64,000 nucleotides of DNA from Verrucomicrobiota bacterium (lineage in GTDB: Bacteria > Verrucomicrobiota > Verrucomicrobiia > Limisphaerales > CANJXF01). Under the pieces are notes generated by a model that was not told where the DNA came from, ran no database searches, and worked only from the letters and a program-made list of their open reading frames with translations. The translations under genes were made by a program, and so were the position numbers. Location: contig JAYVSV010000003.1 of the NCBI GenBank assembly GCA_043775015.1, positions 3,930 through 67,929 of the forward strand, given 5' to 3'. This document shows positions 19,133 to 28,401 of this stretch, piece by piece (within the stretch, counting starts at the first letter, position 1; each line of letters begins with the position of its first letter).

Positions 19133-19446
19133 AGGTTCTGCTGGATGCTTGCGTCCCGCGTCCGTTGCGCAATTTTCTCCTCAGCCACACCGTTCAAACC
19201 GCGCAGGAAATGGGCTGGGGAAAACTGAAAAATGGTGCGTTGCTTCAAGCCGTCGAACCGCAGTTCGACGCGTTTCTCACCAGCGATCTAAACCTCAAAT
19301 ACCAGCAGAACGTTGCTGGGCGAAAACTTGCAATTCTGGTTTTGCCCACCAACGACTGGCCAACGCTCCGGCGCATGACGGATAAAATTGCGGACAAAGT
19401 CGCCACGCTGAAGCCGGGCGATTTTGTTGAAATGCCGATGGAGTAA
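19129..19446 (+). CDS. DUF5615 / PIN-like (Mut7-C-type) protein (toxin-like)
   Basis: MKVLLDACVP...FLTSDLNL acidic motifs. 4-nt ATGA overlap with the DUF433 gene. Confidence 0.7.
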   Translation: MKVLLDACVPRPLRNFLLSHTVQTAQEMGWGKLKNGALLQAVEPQFDAFLTSDLNLKYQQNVAGRKLAILVLPTNDWPTLRRMTDKIADKVATLKPGDFVEMPME

Positions 19447-19449
19447 TTG

Positions 19450-19626
19450 GCAGCCGCGACAAATCGCAAGAAGCGCAAAACATTTATCGAACAATTGACG
19501 GAATTCCCGCACATCGAGCGCCTGAACATCGGCCCGATTTCCACAATGAAAATTTCCTGGGACCAACCGCATGAAGGGAACATGTTCGAGTTTCTTTACA
19601 AGCGTCGTTCGATTGAGCGGGCTTGA
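19450..19626 (+). pseudogene. orphan second copy of the 3' end of the LuxC-like gene
   Basis: 19483-19623 encodes the same 47 aa as 18676-18816 (FIEQLTEFPH...YKRRSIERA), followed by its own TGA. No upstream gene body. Confidence 0.85.
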
Positions 19627-19628
19627 TC

Positions 19629-19717
19629 CCGTAGCCGCGTCTCAGCAGAGCGCGGGTGACTCTCTTGCATCGTGATATGAAAACGTTCGACCGCGCTCTG
19701 CCGAGACGCGGCTACGG
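19629..19717. repeat. 27-bp-stem hairpin element
   Basis: CCGTAGCCGCGTCTCAGCAGAGCGCGG (19629-19655) pairs with CCGCGCTCTGCCGAGACGCGGCTACGG (19691-19717) with 1 mismatch and a 35-nt loop. The right arm carries the stop codon of the 910-aa gene. Confidence 0.85.
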
Positions 19718-22444
19718 AGTTTGTGGCGCATCGAAAATATTCCCGATCTTTTGCGGCTTGCGCGAAGTGGACAGGAGCGGCGGAATCATTTCATCCCCCC
19801 GCGAAAAATGGCGCGAATCAAATTGCCAGAGCCAGAGACCGCCATCGGCGGCGAGGCTGGTCACACTCCCGAATTGCGACAAAACCGCGACCCAATCGGA
19901 ATGAATTCCCAAGCGCACGGCAGAAGCGCTCTCCGGCCTTGCCAACGAATCTTCAGGAAACTCCCATCGCCACATTGTTCCGTCTGCTTTTAAGGTGATG
20001 ATTAATCCACCTTCGCCAGCAACGGCACGCCAGTCGGTATCTTTTCCAAGTTGAATGTCTTTCTTCACCAGCCCCATTTGATAATTCTTTCCTGTGGTTT
20101 CCCAAGCGGCGCTGATGACGAATTTTCCATCGTCGAGAACTGAAACCTGAAAACCGCCCTGTCGCCCCGACACCCAAGCGAGTGATCCTGCCTTGCCGTC
20201 ACCCAAGTAATCTGAGCGAAACACACTGAGTGTCTCATCCAAGCGCAAGCTATTGGTGTCGCGGGTGTACAGCGGTGGATAAATCCACGTCTCACCGTTT
20301 TTTTTCCGAAATGCAATTCTCCCTTCTGCAGAAAAAATCCCCGCCCAATCGGATTCGGTTCCCAAACGTTGCGGCTCGAATACGCGCAATCCCGGCCATT
20401 GTTTCTTGGAAGGCACTCCCCATCGCCAAAGTGTGCCATCCGCTTTCAACAAAAATGCTTGAAGTCCGTGACTGGTCACGCTGCTCCAATCGTTTTCATT
20501 ACCGAATGGGGTGAGCATTGGTGTTGGCGGCACGTTGGTATGAAAAAGCAGTTCAAAATTCTGCGGCTTTTCCGAAACCCATAAACTTCCGTCCTTTTGC
20601 ACGCCAACTGAGCCCCAAAAAGTTGTCGCGACACTCGTCCAATTTGTTCCGCTCCAAAAGCCGCTGGCTTGCCCTGATATTTTCCAGTTGCTTGAAAAAA
20701 TTGCCGAAAAAGGTGTTCCACCCATCCTGATTCTGGTTGACCAAATTTTCCCATCGTCGAGTTGAATCAACACTCGCGAACCGGACGACTGGATTTTGGG
20801 CGCTGATGATTTTTCCAACCGAACGATGCCATGCGCTGGTTCAAGCGGTGTGAGGAATTCCCAAGCGCGATGGTAAATGGCACTCGTCATTCCAATCACG
20901 AACGCGAGCGACGCGACGAACACGGCTGCGTTTCGTCGCCAGACTTTCCAGCCGATCAAGACGCGTTTGAAATTCCAATACATCAACGCAAGTAGCGTAA
21001 GCGTCATTACAGGAACACCAATGAGATAGATCAGCCAACCGCGCCAGAGCGGGAAGGGGAAAATTCTTGGAGCCTCGTCGAGAACTTTCTGCATTATAAA
21101 CGACACGAGAATTCCCAGCACCGCAGGGGCGAGCGATTGCAACGTGTTGCGCGAAAGCGTCGAGGCGTAGAAGGAAACGGCGGCGATGATGGTGGCGATT
21201 CCGAGCAAAATGAGAACGGGCAATGAATTGTTAATTGCCGGAAAAATGAAGTGGGCAAGTGTTCCTCCGCGCTGCAACATAAAATAATCGGAAAGCCCGC
21301 CGAGAAACTTAGGATGAAAATCTGGAAGAATCCGGGTTCCTTCCAACAGCAGCGGCAGCGCGATTGCCAGAAATAACGACAGCATCATTGCGCTAACGAA
21401 TTTAATCCAAAATTGCGTGCGGCGTCGCACCGGTAAACAGAGTTGGCTTTCCAAGGTTCCAAGTTTGCGTTCCTCCGTGACGGCGGCGCAACCCACGAGC
21501 AACGGCATGGCAAACCAGAGAAGCCAAAACCAGTTCAGCGCAAATCCTGTCGCGGAAGAATTATTAAAGTTTCCGAATTTGCGAACGACGATGACGGCCA
21601 GATGCAGCAACGCCAACGCGCCCGCCATGATGAGTTGCGATTGGTGCAGTTGAAATTCTTTGAAGAACAGAGCGGCGCGCGGTCGCAAGGTTCGTTCGGC
21701 GCGAGAATTAGTTTTCCCTTTCGTCCGCTGGAGAAATTCTGGCAGCGCGATGTTGCCGCCAGTCCATTGCACGTCTTGCGCGCGCAGGAACAGCCAGCGC
21801 GCGAAAAGAAATCCAGCAATGCTATAAATGCTCAGGACGATAAAGATAGGAGTCTCGACTGATACGGAAGTTTTTTCTGCAATGGTCATTGTCACCATAG
21901 CCAGCGCTGCGGGAAAGATCACTGTGAACCAAAACGCCGCAGCCACCTGGCGGAGCAAAAGCACGGTCCAAAGCCCTCCGGAATAAACAATCAGTGAAAA
22001 AAGAACGCTCGTGACAAATACCCCCTGTAGCTTCTTCGTACTGTCGGCGGAAAAATGGTCGTAAGTCACGGCCATAGCGTGGTGTTTAAAAGAGAGCCAC
22101 CACGCCGCCCAGAGAATCACAATTGCGATGGCGAGCAAAACGGTTTTCGTCCGCCAGATTTTACCGCGCGAAATAGGTTGCGAGAGTAAGTTGGAGAAAG
22201 TTCCGGCGCTGAATTCATGGCCAAATGAGTGCAGCACCATCATCAAAACCAGTGCGGGACTTAGTAAAAAGGGCAGAATGAACCAAAGGTCTGTTTTCCC
22301 CGCATTCTCATAAACTTTTCTCATCCCGGACATGGGACTTTCATTTGAAATCAATAAAAGAGAGAACGAAAAAGATGAAAGAATTAAAGCGCCGATAAAG
22401 GTTGGCAACAATGCTCGAATTTCTTTTCTGATCAGTGCGTTCAT
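19712..22444 (-). CDS. ABC-2-type permease fused to C-terminal RCC1-like 7-blade beta-propeller
   Basis: About 520 aa of polytopic membrane region, followed by repeats LDDGKIWSTR, VQKDGSLWVSE, LKADGTLWRWG, RKKNGETWIYP, VLDDGKFVISAAW, LKADGTMWRWEF, LAADGGLWLWQF. Confidence 0.6.
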   Translation of the reverse strand: MNALIRKEIRALLPTFIGALILSSFSFSLLLISNESPMSGMRKVYENAGKTDLWFILPFLLSPALVLMMVLHSFGHEFSAGTFSNLLSQPISRGKIWRTKTVLLAIAIVILWAAWWLSFKHHAMAVTYDHFSADSTKKLQGVFVTSVLFSLIVYSGGLWTVLLLRQVAAAFWFTVIFPAALAMVTMTIAEKTSVSVETPIFIVLSIYSIAGFLFARWLFLRAQDVQWTGGNIALPEFLQRTKGKTNSRAERTLRPRAALFFKEFQLHQSQLIMAGALALLHLAVIVVRKFGNFNNSSATGFALNWFWLLWFAMPLLVGCAAVTEERKLGTLESQLCLPVRRRTQFWIKFVSAMMLSLFLAIALPLLLEGTRILPDFHPKFLGGLSDYFMLQRGGTLAHFIFPAINNSLPVLILLGIATIIAAVSFYASTLSRNTLQSLAPAVLGILVSFIMQKVLDEAPRIFPFPLWRGWLIYLIGVPVMTLTLLALMYWNFKRVLIGWKVWRRNAAVFVASLAFVIGMTSAIYHRAWEFLTPLEPAHGIVRLEKSSAPKIQSSGSRVLIQLDDGKIWSTRIRMGGTPFSAIFSSNWKISGQASGFWSGTNWTSVATTFWGSVGVQKDGSLWVSEKPQNFELLFHTNVPPTPMLTPFGNENDWSSVTSHGLQAFLLKADGTLWRWGVPSKKQWPGLRVFEPQRLGTESDWAGIFSAEGRIAFRKKNGETWIYPPLYTRDTNSLRLDETLSVFRSDYLGDGKAGSLAWVSGRQGGFQVSVLDDGKFVISAAWETTGKNYQMGLVKKDIQLGKDTDWRAVAGEGGLIITLKADGTMWRWEFPEDSLARPESASAVRLGIHSDWVAVLSQFGSVTSLAADGGLWLWQFDSRHFSRGDEMIPPLLSTSRKPQKIGNIFDAPQTP

Positions 22445-23346
22445 GCGTTCGCCTTTAGAATTTTTGACGCGACAAAAATTTCTTCGAGCGAAAGGGATTC
22501 GCAGAGCAACTCTTCGGGTTGACGTGAACGCAAACCTTCGAGCAGTTGTTCGCTGTTACCGTTGGCGAGGATTTCCACTTCGCGGCCGGTTTGTTTCACA
22601 TTCAATGCGCCAATTAAATTTCCAAGCTGTGGCGGCTCCGCGAAGCGCGCGCGGATTTTTTTGAAACGGTCGCGAGCAGCGTCGGCATCCATCGTCAAAA
22701 GTTCGCGGCCTCCTTCGATGATGGTGAATTGATCAATCAAACCTTCAAATTCTGAAATCAAATGAGTCGAAACAAAAACGGTTCTGCGCGCGGCGTCGCC
22801 GGATTGGAAGGCACCGATGACGGTTTCGATGAATTCGCGGCGCACAATGGGATCGAGGCCGGAAGTAGGTTCGTCGAGCACGAGCAATTCGGGTTCGGGA
22901 CAAATGGCGGCGATGAGCGCGAGTTGGGTCTTCTGCCCTTTCGACATCGAACTGGCTTTTTGCGTTTCGTTCAGACCGAAGCGGCGCAACAAATCAGATT
23001 CGATGTCGCGATTCCAATGTTTGCGGAAGGAGGCGAAGTAATTGAGCGAGTCGCGCACAGACATCCACGGATAAAACGCGACGGCGTCCGGCACGTAGGC
23101 GAGGCGGGATTTCACGGCGACTTCATCGCGCTGCGGATTGAGGCCAAACACGCGCACGGAGCCGGACATGGGGCGCAGCAAATTCAACAGACATTTGATC
23201 GTGGTGGTTTTGCCCGCTCCATTGCGCCCGAAAAATCCGTAGCAACGACCGGGCAGCACTTTGAGGCTGAGGCCGTTCACGGCGTCCGTCTTGCCGTAGC
23301 GATGGTGGAGATTTTGGATTTCAATGATGGGAGTTTCGTTGGTCAT
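22441..23346 (-). CDS. ABC transporter ATP-binding protein
   Basis: Start is MTNETPIIEIQNL. Walker A GRNGAGKTT, signature MSKGQKTQL, Walker B LLVLDEPTSGLD. 4-nt overlap with the permease. Confidence 0.9.
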   Translation of the reverse strand: MTNETPIIEIQNLHHRYGKTDAVNGLSLKVLPGRCYGFFGRNGAGKTTTIKCLLNLLRPMSGSVRVFGLNPQRDEVAVKSRLAYVPDAVAFYPWMSVRDSLNYFASFRKHWNRDIESDLLRRFGLNETQKASSMSKGQKTQLALIAAICPEPELLVLDEPTSGLDPIVRREFIETVIGAFQSGDAARRTVFVSTHLISEFEGLIDQFTIIEGGRELLTMDADAARDRFKKIRARFAEPPQLGNLIGALNVKQTGREVEILANGNSEQLLEGLRSRQPEELLCESLSLEEIFVASKILKANA

Positions 23347-23374
23347 AAATTTTTCCTGGGAGCGTGTTTGAAAA

Positions 23375-23462
23375 GTAGCAGCCGAGGTAACGAGGCTCTG
23401 ACTTGTCGGGCATCGTTTCGTGAAGCGCCGGAATATTTGAGCCTCGTTACCTCGGCTGCTAC
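23375..23462. repeat. perfect 24-bp-stem hairpin between gntR and the ABC ATPase gene
   Basis: GTAGCAGCCGAGGTAACGAGGCTC (23375-23398) pairs with GAGCCTCGTTACCTCGGCTGCTAC (23439-23462). 40-nt loop. Confidence 0.9.
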
Positions 23463-23491
23463 GAATTTTGAATGGGTTTTCACACTCATGT

Positions 23492-23899
23492 TTATTTATT
23501 TTTCTCGCTGGCGGAAATTTTGCGCTCGAAGAAATCCAACCGCTCGTCCACCAATTCCAAAAAAGCCTCGCGATCCACTTGGAGGTGATGCGCGGTGACA
23601 ACGGCTTCATCGACTTCCTTGATCAGCAATTTCTGGCGGACTTGTTTGGTGAAGGGAGTTTTGTTGTCTTTGAGGAAGCAGCCTTTGCCGGGAAAATTCT
23701 CAATCACACCCTGGCTTTCCAATTCGTCGTAAGCTTTGGCCACGGTGTTGCGATTCACACGCAACTCTTCGGCGAGCGAGCGGATGGCGGGGAGCGGTTC
23801 ACCGGGGCGCAACATCCCCGAAGCGGCGGCGTAACGCACCTGATCGACCAGTTGCAGATACACCGGCTTGCCCGCTTTGAAATCGATTTGAAAAATCAT
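23492..23899 (-). CDS. GntR family regulator, short YtrA-like subfamily
   Basis: 135 aa with LPAIRSLAEELRVNRNTVAKAYDELESQGVI and a short C-terminal helical tail. Sits upstream of the ABC genes. Confidence 0.85.
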   Translation of the reverse strand: MIFQIDFKAGKPVYLQLVDQVRYAAASGMLRPGEPLPAIRSLAEELRVNRNTVAKAYDELESQGVIENFPGKGCFLKDNKTPFTKQVRQKLLIKEVDEAVVTAHHLQVDREAFLELVDERLDFFERKISASEKNK

Positions 23900-24049
23900 A
23901 ATTTGCCTTGTGTCCTAGAACACTAGGACAGTTTAGAGAAAGTTGTCAAGCGGGAAATTTGCCCGCAACACGCGGGCGGCGTCCGCAGAGAAATTTTGGT
24001 TGCCGACTTGATTGAACAGGCGGCAACTTGGCGCGTCTGAGAATTGCCA

Positions 24050-25261
24050 ATGAGTAACGAAAAACAGGACTTGCGCTCGCCAGCAGAACTTTCCGCGCTG
24101 GCTTCGTTTGATTTTCAATCGCGGACGCGGCTCGTTTTCGGAATCGGGAGCATCGGACGCGTCGGCGAATTCGCAAAAAATCTTCCGGCAAAAAAAATCC
24201 TCCTCGTCACAGACGCTGGAATCGTGACCGCTGGACATGCTGAATGCGTCCAAAAACTTCTGACCGCTGAAAAGCTCTCCGTTTTCGTTTTCGATCAGGT
24301 CCGCGAAAATCCGACGACACGCTGTGTCGATCGTTGTGTTGCGTTTGCCAAAGCAAATCAGATCGATGCGATCGTTGGACTGGGCGGCGGCAGTTCGATG
24401 GACACGGCGAAGGGCTGCAATTTTCTCCTGACCAACGGCGGCGAGATGAAAGATTATTGGGGAGTTGGAAAAGCGACGAAGCCGATGTTGCCGCTCATTG
24501 CGATTCCGACAACGGCGGGGACGGGCAGCGAATGCCAGAGCGCGGCGTTGATCGCGGATGAGGTTACGCATCAAAAAATGGCGTGTCTCGATCCAAAAGC
24601 TGCGGCCAGGATTGCGATTCTCGATCCGGCTTTGACGCTTTCGCAACCGCCGCGCGTGACCGCTTGTACTGGAATTGATGCGATTGCGCACGCCGTTGAA
24701 ACCGCGGTCACGAAAAAGCGCAATCCAATTTCGCTTTTGTATTCGCATGAAGCGTTTCGATTGACGGCAAACAACTTTTCCAAAGTGCTGCAAAACCCTC
24801 GCGATCTCGATGCGCGCGGGCGGGTTTTGCTCGGTGCGGCGTTTGCGGGAACAGCGATTGAAAACAGCATGCTCGGCGCGGCGCACTCGGCGGCGAATCC
24901 GCTGACGGCGCACAATGGAATGGTTCACGGGCAAGCGGTTGGATTGATTTTGCCGCATGTGGTTCGCTTCAACGGCGAGCAATCCGAGGCGCGACAAAGT
25001 TACGCGAATCTCGCGCAGTTGGCAGGAATTTCATCCGCGCCAGATGATCGCAGGCGCTGGATGGATTTAATCGAATGGCTTAAATCGACTTTGGTTTCGG
25101 CGCAGATGCCAACCTCGCTCGAAGAATGTGGAGTTGAGCCATCACAAATACCGAGTCTCGCCGACGAGGCCGCGCGGCAATGGACGGCGCAGTTCAATCC
25201 TAGAACGATGGAGAAAACAGATTTCGTTAGAATCTTCGAAAGCGCCTGGAGCGCAACTTAG
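24050..25261 (+). CDS. iron-containing (group III) alcohol dehydrogenase
   Basis: GGGSSMDTAKG, IAIPTTAGTGSE, and His-rich metal site (IDAIAHAVE, HSAANPL). Confidence 0.85.
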   Translation: MSNEKQDLRSPAELSALASFDFQSRTRLVFGIGSIGRVGEFAKNLPAKKILLVTDAGIVTAGHAECVQKLLTAEKLSVFVFDQVRENPTTRCVDRCVAFAKANQIDAIVGLGGGSSMDTAKGCNFLLTNGGEMKDYWGVGKATKPMLPLIAIPTTAGTGSECQSAALIADEVTHQKMACLDPKAAARIAILDPALTLSQPPRVTACTGIDAIAHAVETAVTKKRNPISLLYSHEAFRLTANNFSKVLQNPRDLDARGRVLLGAAFAGTAIENSMLGAAHSAANPLTAHNGMVHGQAVGLILPHVVRFNGEQSEARQSYANLAQLAGISSAPDDRRRWMDLIEWLKSTLVSAQMPTSLEECGVEPSQIPSLADEAARQWTAQFNPRTMEKTDFVRIFESAWSAT

Positions 25262-25288
25262 TCCCATCGCAAATCAGCCAAAGTGCGA

Positions 25289-25672
25289 TTATTTCGCGTC
25301 GGACTTATCCACGATTTGCAGTTTGTATTCGCGGGACAATTTGCTGTCGGGCAGAGGCTGCGGAATTGCGTTGTAATTGAAATCGAATTTAAAGCGGTAG
25401 ATAACCGCACCCTTGTCCGCCGGAATTGGGACGAGGGTTTCCCAGCGATTACGCATCAAGGAAGTCCTGCGCATGGGATAACTTTCCATTCCTACCACGA
25501 CCGAGGGTTTCATCGACTCTTCGCGAATGGTTTGCTGGCGGGAATCCCACACCGCTTCCACGGGATAGAGTCCCGTGGCGTTACGCGTTTGTTGGGTCGG
25601 GGTTAAATTCGTGATCGTGCTGCAACCGGCGAACAGCAACGGCATCAAGGAAAGTAAAAGAAATTTTTTCAT
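25289..25672 (-). CDS. hypothetical lipoprotein
   Basis: MKKFLLLSLMPLLFAGC lipobox at ATG 25672. No other motif. Confidence 0.5.
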   Translation of the reverse strand: MKKFLLLSLMPLLFAGCSTITNLTPTQQTRNATGLYPVEAVWDSRQQTIREESMKPSVVVGMESYPMRRTSLMRNRWETLVPIPADKGAVIYRFKFDFNYNAIPQPLPDSKLSREYKLQIVDKSDAK

Positions 25673-25835
25673 ATTCGTCTCTGTTCGGAGGTTCGCAAAG
25701 CGGCTGCTGCTTGTAAAGTTGGTTTTCGAATATCGCTTTGTGGAAACACGGCGGCCTTGCGGAAAATTCATTTTCAGTTTGACCGCTCTGATAAGGGACG
25801 GGTAGCTTGCGCCCTCTAATTACAGAAATTTACTT

Positions 25836-27551
25836 ATGATCGGAACGATTCGGCGTCATCAGCAGTGGCTTTGGATAATTATCATTTTGGCAATTATCGT
25901 CAGCTTTGTGGTTTATTTTTCTCCAACGAAAACGGGGGTTTTCGACCGTGAGAACAGCTATAACTTTGGCTCGATCAAAGGTCGGCCCATCACGCGGGAT
26001 CAATTCCGTGATGCCCAGGGTGAAATCCAGATTTTCTATTTCCTGCGTTTCGGGAAATGGCTGACGCCCGAAGATTCTGCGAAAACCGGCTTCGATCTTG
26101 AGCGCGAATCTTACAATCGCCTTCTCCTCATCGAAAAATTGAAGGAAATCAATGTGCAACCCACCACCGAAGCGGCGGCCAAGTGGATTGGCGAAATTTT
26201 TCGCGGCGGCACCGAGCAAGTTTTTCCGATGGAGCGATACCAGGCGTTCGTCAAAACAGAGTTGAGTCCGCATGGTTTGACGGCGGAAGATTTCTCTCGT
26301 TTTGCAAGCCATCAAGTCGGCCAGCAGCATCTCATTTCCGTTTATGGGCTTGGCGGAAAAATGATTACGCCGCAGGAAGCGGAATCGTTTTATCGCCGTC
26401 TCAACGAGCCGTTGTCCACGGAGGCGGTTTTCTTTTCAGCGACGAACTACGTGAGCAAAGTTTCGCTCACCCCCGCAGCACTGGGACAATTCTACACCAA
26501 CAACATGGCGGAATATCGTTTACCCGAACGAGTGCAGGTCAACTACGTGAAATGGGAACTGACGAATTTCCTCGCGGAAGCGGACAAGGAACTGGGCAAA
26601 ATCACGAACCTTTCCCAGCGACTTGAAGCCGCTTACTTCGATCGGGGCGGCACCAACCAATTTAAAGATGCGACTGGAAAACCGCTCTCGCTTGAAGCTG
26701 CGAAAGCCAAAATTAAAGACGATGAACGACACGCCATTTCTGGAATTCTAGCGCGAAAACAAGCGACCGAATTCCTGGCCGAATTGTTCCAAGGTCACGA
26801 TGAGAAAAACCCGTTCAAGCCCGATGATCTCGAGAAAGTTGCAAAAGCCAAAGGTCTGACAATGAAAACGACCGCACCATTTAATCAAATGAATGGCGCG
26901 AGCGAATTGAAAGTTTCTCCGGCATTTGTGCAAACGGCGTTTCGTTTGAGAAATGACGATGTCGAAGATAAAGCGCGCGAACTTCTTTATCCATCCTCCC
27001 CTGTTCTCGCGGAAGACGCCGTTTATGCGATCGGTTTCAATCAACGTTTTCCAAGCGAAAATCAGACATTTGAAAAAGTTCGCGATCAGGTCACCGCCGA
27101 TTTCAAAGCCGATGAATCACTAAAGCTCGCGCGTCAGGCCGGACAAAGTTTTGGCAGCACGCTCACCAATAGCGCGGCGTCCGGCAAATCATTTGCGGAA
27201 CTCGCCGGACAGAGCCAGTTGCAACTGTCCACCATTCCGACATTTTCACTCAGCACCCGCAGTCTTCCTGAACTCGGCGACGGACGCAGCCTCGAAACGT
27301 TGCAAAATGTCGCGTCCAGTTTAGCTCCCGGAAAAACGAGTCCGTTCATCCCAACGACTGAAGGCGGATTAGTAATGCATTTTAAAGCAAAACTTCCCGT
27401 GGACGAAACCAAATTGAAAATAGAAATGCCCGACTTTCTTGCGCGCCAGCGCGAGCAGCGCATGTCCGCAGCTTTCAGCGAATGGTTTCAAAAGTTGCCG
27501 GAAGAAATGAAATTGGTCATTCCATCGAAAACTTCCGGTGGTAAATCTTAG
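25836..27551 (+). CDS. PpiD/SurA-N-like periplasmic chaperone
   Basis: N-terminal MIGTIRRHQQWLWIIIILAIIVSFVVYF anchor typical of PpiD, then a long helical chaperone-like body. No clear PPIase motif seen. Confidence 0.55.
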   Translation: MIGTIRRHQQWLWIIIILAIIVSFVVYFSPTKTGVFDRENSYNFGSIKGRPITRDQFRDAQGEIQIFYFLRFGKWLTPEDSAKTGFDLERESYNRLLLIEKLKEINVQPTTEAAAKWIGEIFRGGTEQVFPMERYQAFVKTELSPHGLTAEDFSRFASHQVGQQHLISVYGLGGKMITPQEAESFYRRLNEPLSTEAVFFSATNYVSKVSLTPAALGQFYTNNMAEYRLPERVQVNYVKWELTNFLAEADKELGKITNLSQRLEAAYFDRGGTNQFKDATGKPLSLEAAKAKIKDDERHAISGILARKQATEFLAELFQGHDEKNPFKPDDLEKVAKAKGLTMKTTAPFNQMNGASELKVSPAFVQTAFRLRNDDVEDKARELLYPSSPVLAEDAVYAIGFNQRFPSENQTFEKVRDQVTADFKADESLKLARQAGQSFGSTLTNSAASGKSFAELAGQSQLQLSTIPTFSLSTRSLPELGDGRSLETLQNVASSLAPGKTSPFIPTTEGGLVMHFKAKLPVDETKLKIEMPDFLARQREQRMSAAFSEWFQKLPEEMKLVIPSKTSGGKS

Positions 27552-27578
27552 GGGCCTGGCGCACGTTCACAGAATATT

Positions 27579-28382
27579 GTGAGCGACGTCATTAAACTAT
27601 CTTCGCCGGCTACCCGCGAATTCTGGGAGGTTCCGATTTTATTCGAGGACGAGCACTTGCTTGCCCTGAGCAAACCAGCACGACTGCTCACTTCGCCCGA
27701 TCGCTATGATCCCGACCGGACCAACCTGATGAAACTGCTCCACCACGACCTCGAACGCGGAGCGCCGTGGGCCAAAAAACGCATTGGACTTACTTATTTG
27801 ATGAACGCGCACCGGCTCGATTTCGAAATGACCGGCATCATTCTCCTTGCGAAAACAAAACCCGACTTGGTCGCCCTGGCCAATCTATTTGGCTCGGAGA
27901 AACCGCTAAAAACCTACGCCGCCCTCGTTCGCGGATCGATGCATCAGGATACATTTGAAGTGAACGCCAAGATTGCACCGCATCCATTGAAAACTGGTGT
28001 GATGCGCATCGACGAAAGAAGCGGAAAACGTTCTCGCACCGAATTCACCGTGCGCGAACGATTCAAAGGCTATTCACTTTTGCAATGCCGTCCGCTCACG
28101 GGACGGACGCATCAAATTCGCGTTCATCTGCAACATCTTGGCTTATCCGTCCTTGGCGACAGCACCTACGGCGGTCCGCAGTTACTGCTCTCATCACTGA
28201 AAAAAGATTTTCATTTGAAGCCGAAAAAAGTAGAACGCCCTCTCATCTCAACGCTTGCGTTACACGCGGAAAAATTGGTGTTGCCCCATCCGGTGACAGG
28301 AAATGAGATCACGATTGAAGCTCCCTGGCCGAATGATTTAAAAGTAGCGGTGAAATACCTGCGACTCCACGCATCTGTGTAG
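27579..28382 (+). CDS. RluA family pseudouridine synthase
   Basis: HRLDFEMTGIILLAK catalytic Asp motif and GRTHQIRVHL. GTG start. Confidence 0.85.
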   Translation: MSDVIKLSSPATREFWEVPILFEDEHLLALSKPARLLTSPDRYDPDRTNLMKLLHHDLERGAPWAKKRIGLTYLMNAHRLDFEMTGIILLAKTKPDLVALANLFGSEKPLKTYAALVRGSMHQDTFEVNAKIAPHPLKTGVMRIDERSGKRSRTEFTVRERFKGYSLLQCRPLTGRTHQIRVHLQHLGLSVLGDSTYGGPQLLLSSLKKDFHLKPKKVERPLISTLALHAEKLVLPHPVTGNEITIEAPWPNDLKVAVKYLRLHASV

Positions 28383-28401
28383 CACCTGGCTCCGGCCAGC
28401 G

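Noticed and set aside
23347-23610. N-terminal 88-aa extension of the ABC ATPase ORF (389-aa version)
   Set aside because: The extension is a translation of the 24-bp-stem hairpin and overlaps the gntR 3' end. The canonical ATPase N-terminus begins at MTNETPIIEIQNL (23346).
23933-24997. 354-aa ORF on the minus strand
   Set aside because: It is entirely antisense to the well-supported Fe-ADH gene. It is Arg-rich and low-complexity, which is typical of a shadow ORF in GC-rich coding DNA.
28383-28401. Bidirectional terminator between rluA and argF (CTGGC-tccg-GCCAG)
   Set aside because: The stem is only 5 bp and there is no T-run on either strand, so it is not supportable as a terminator.
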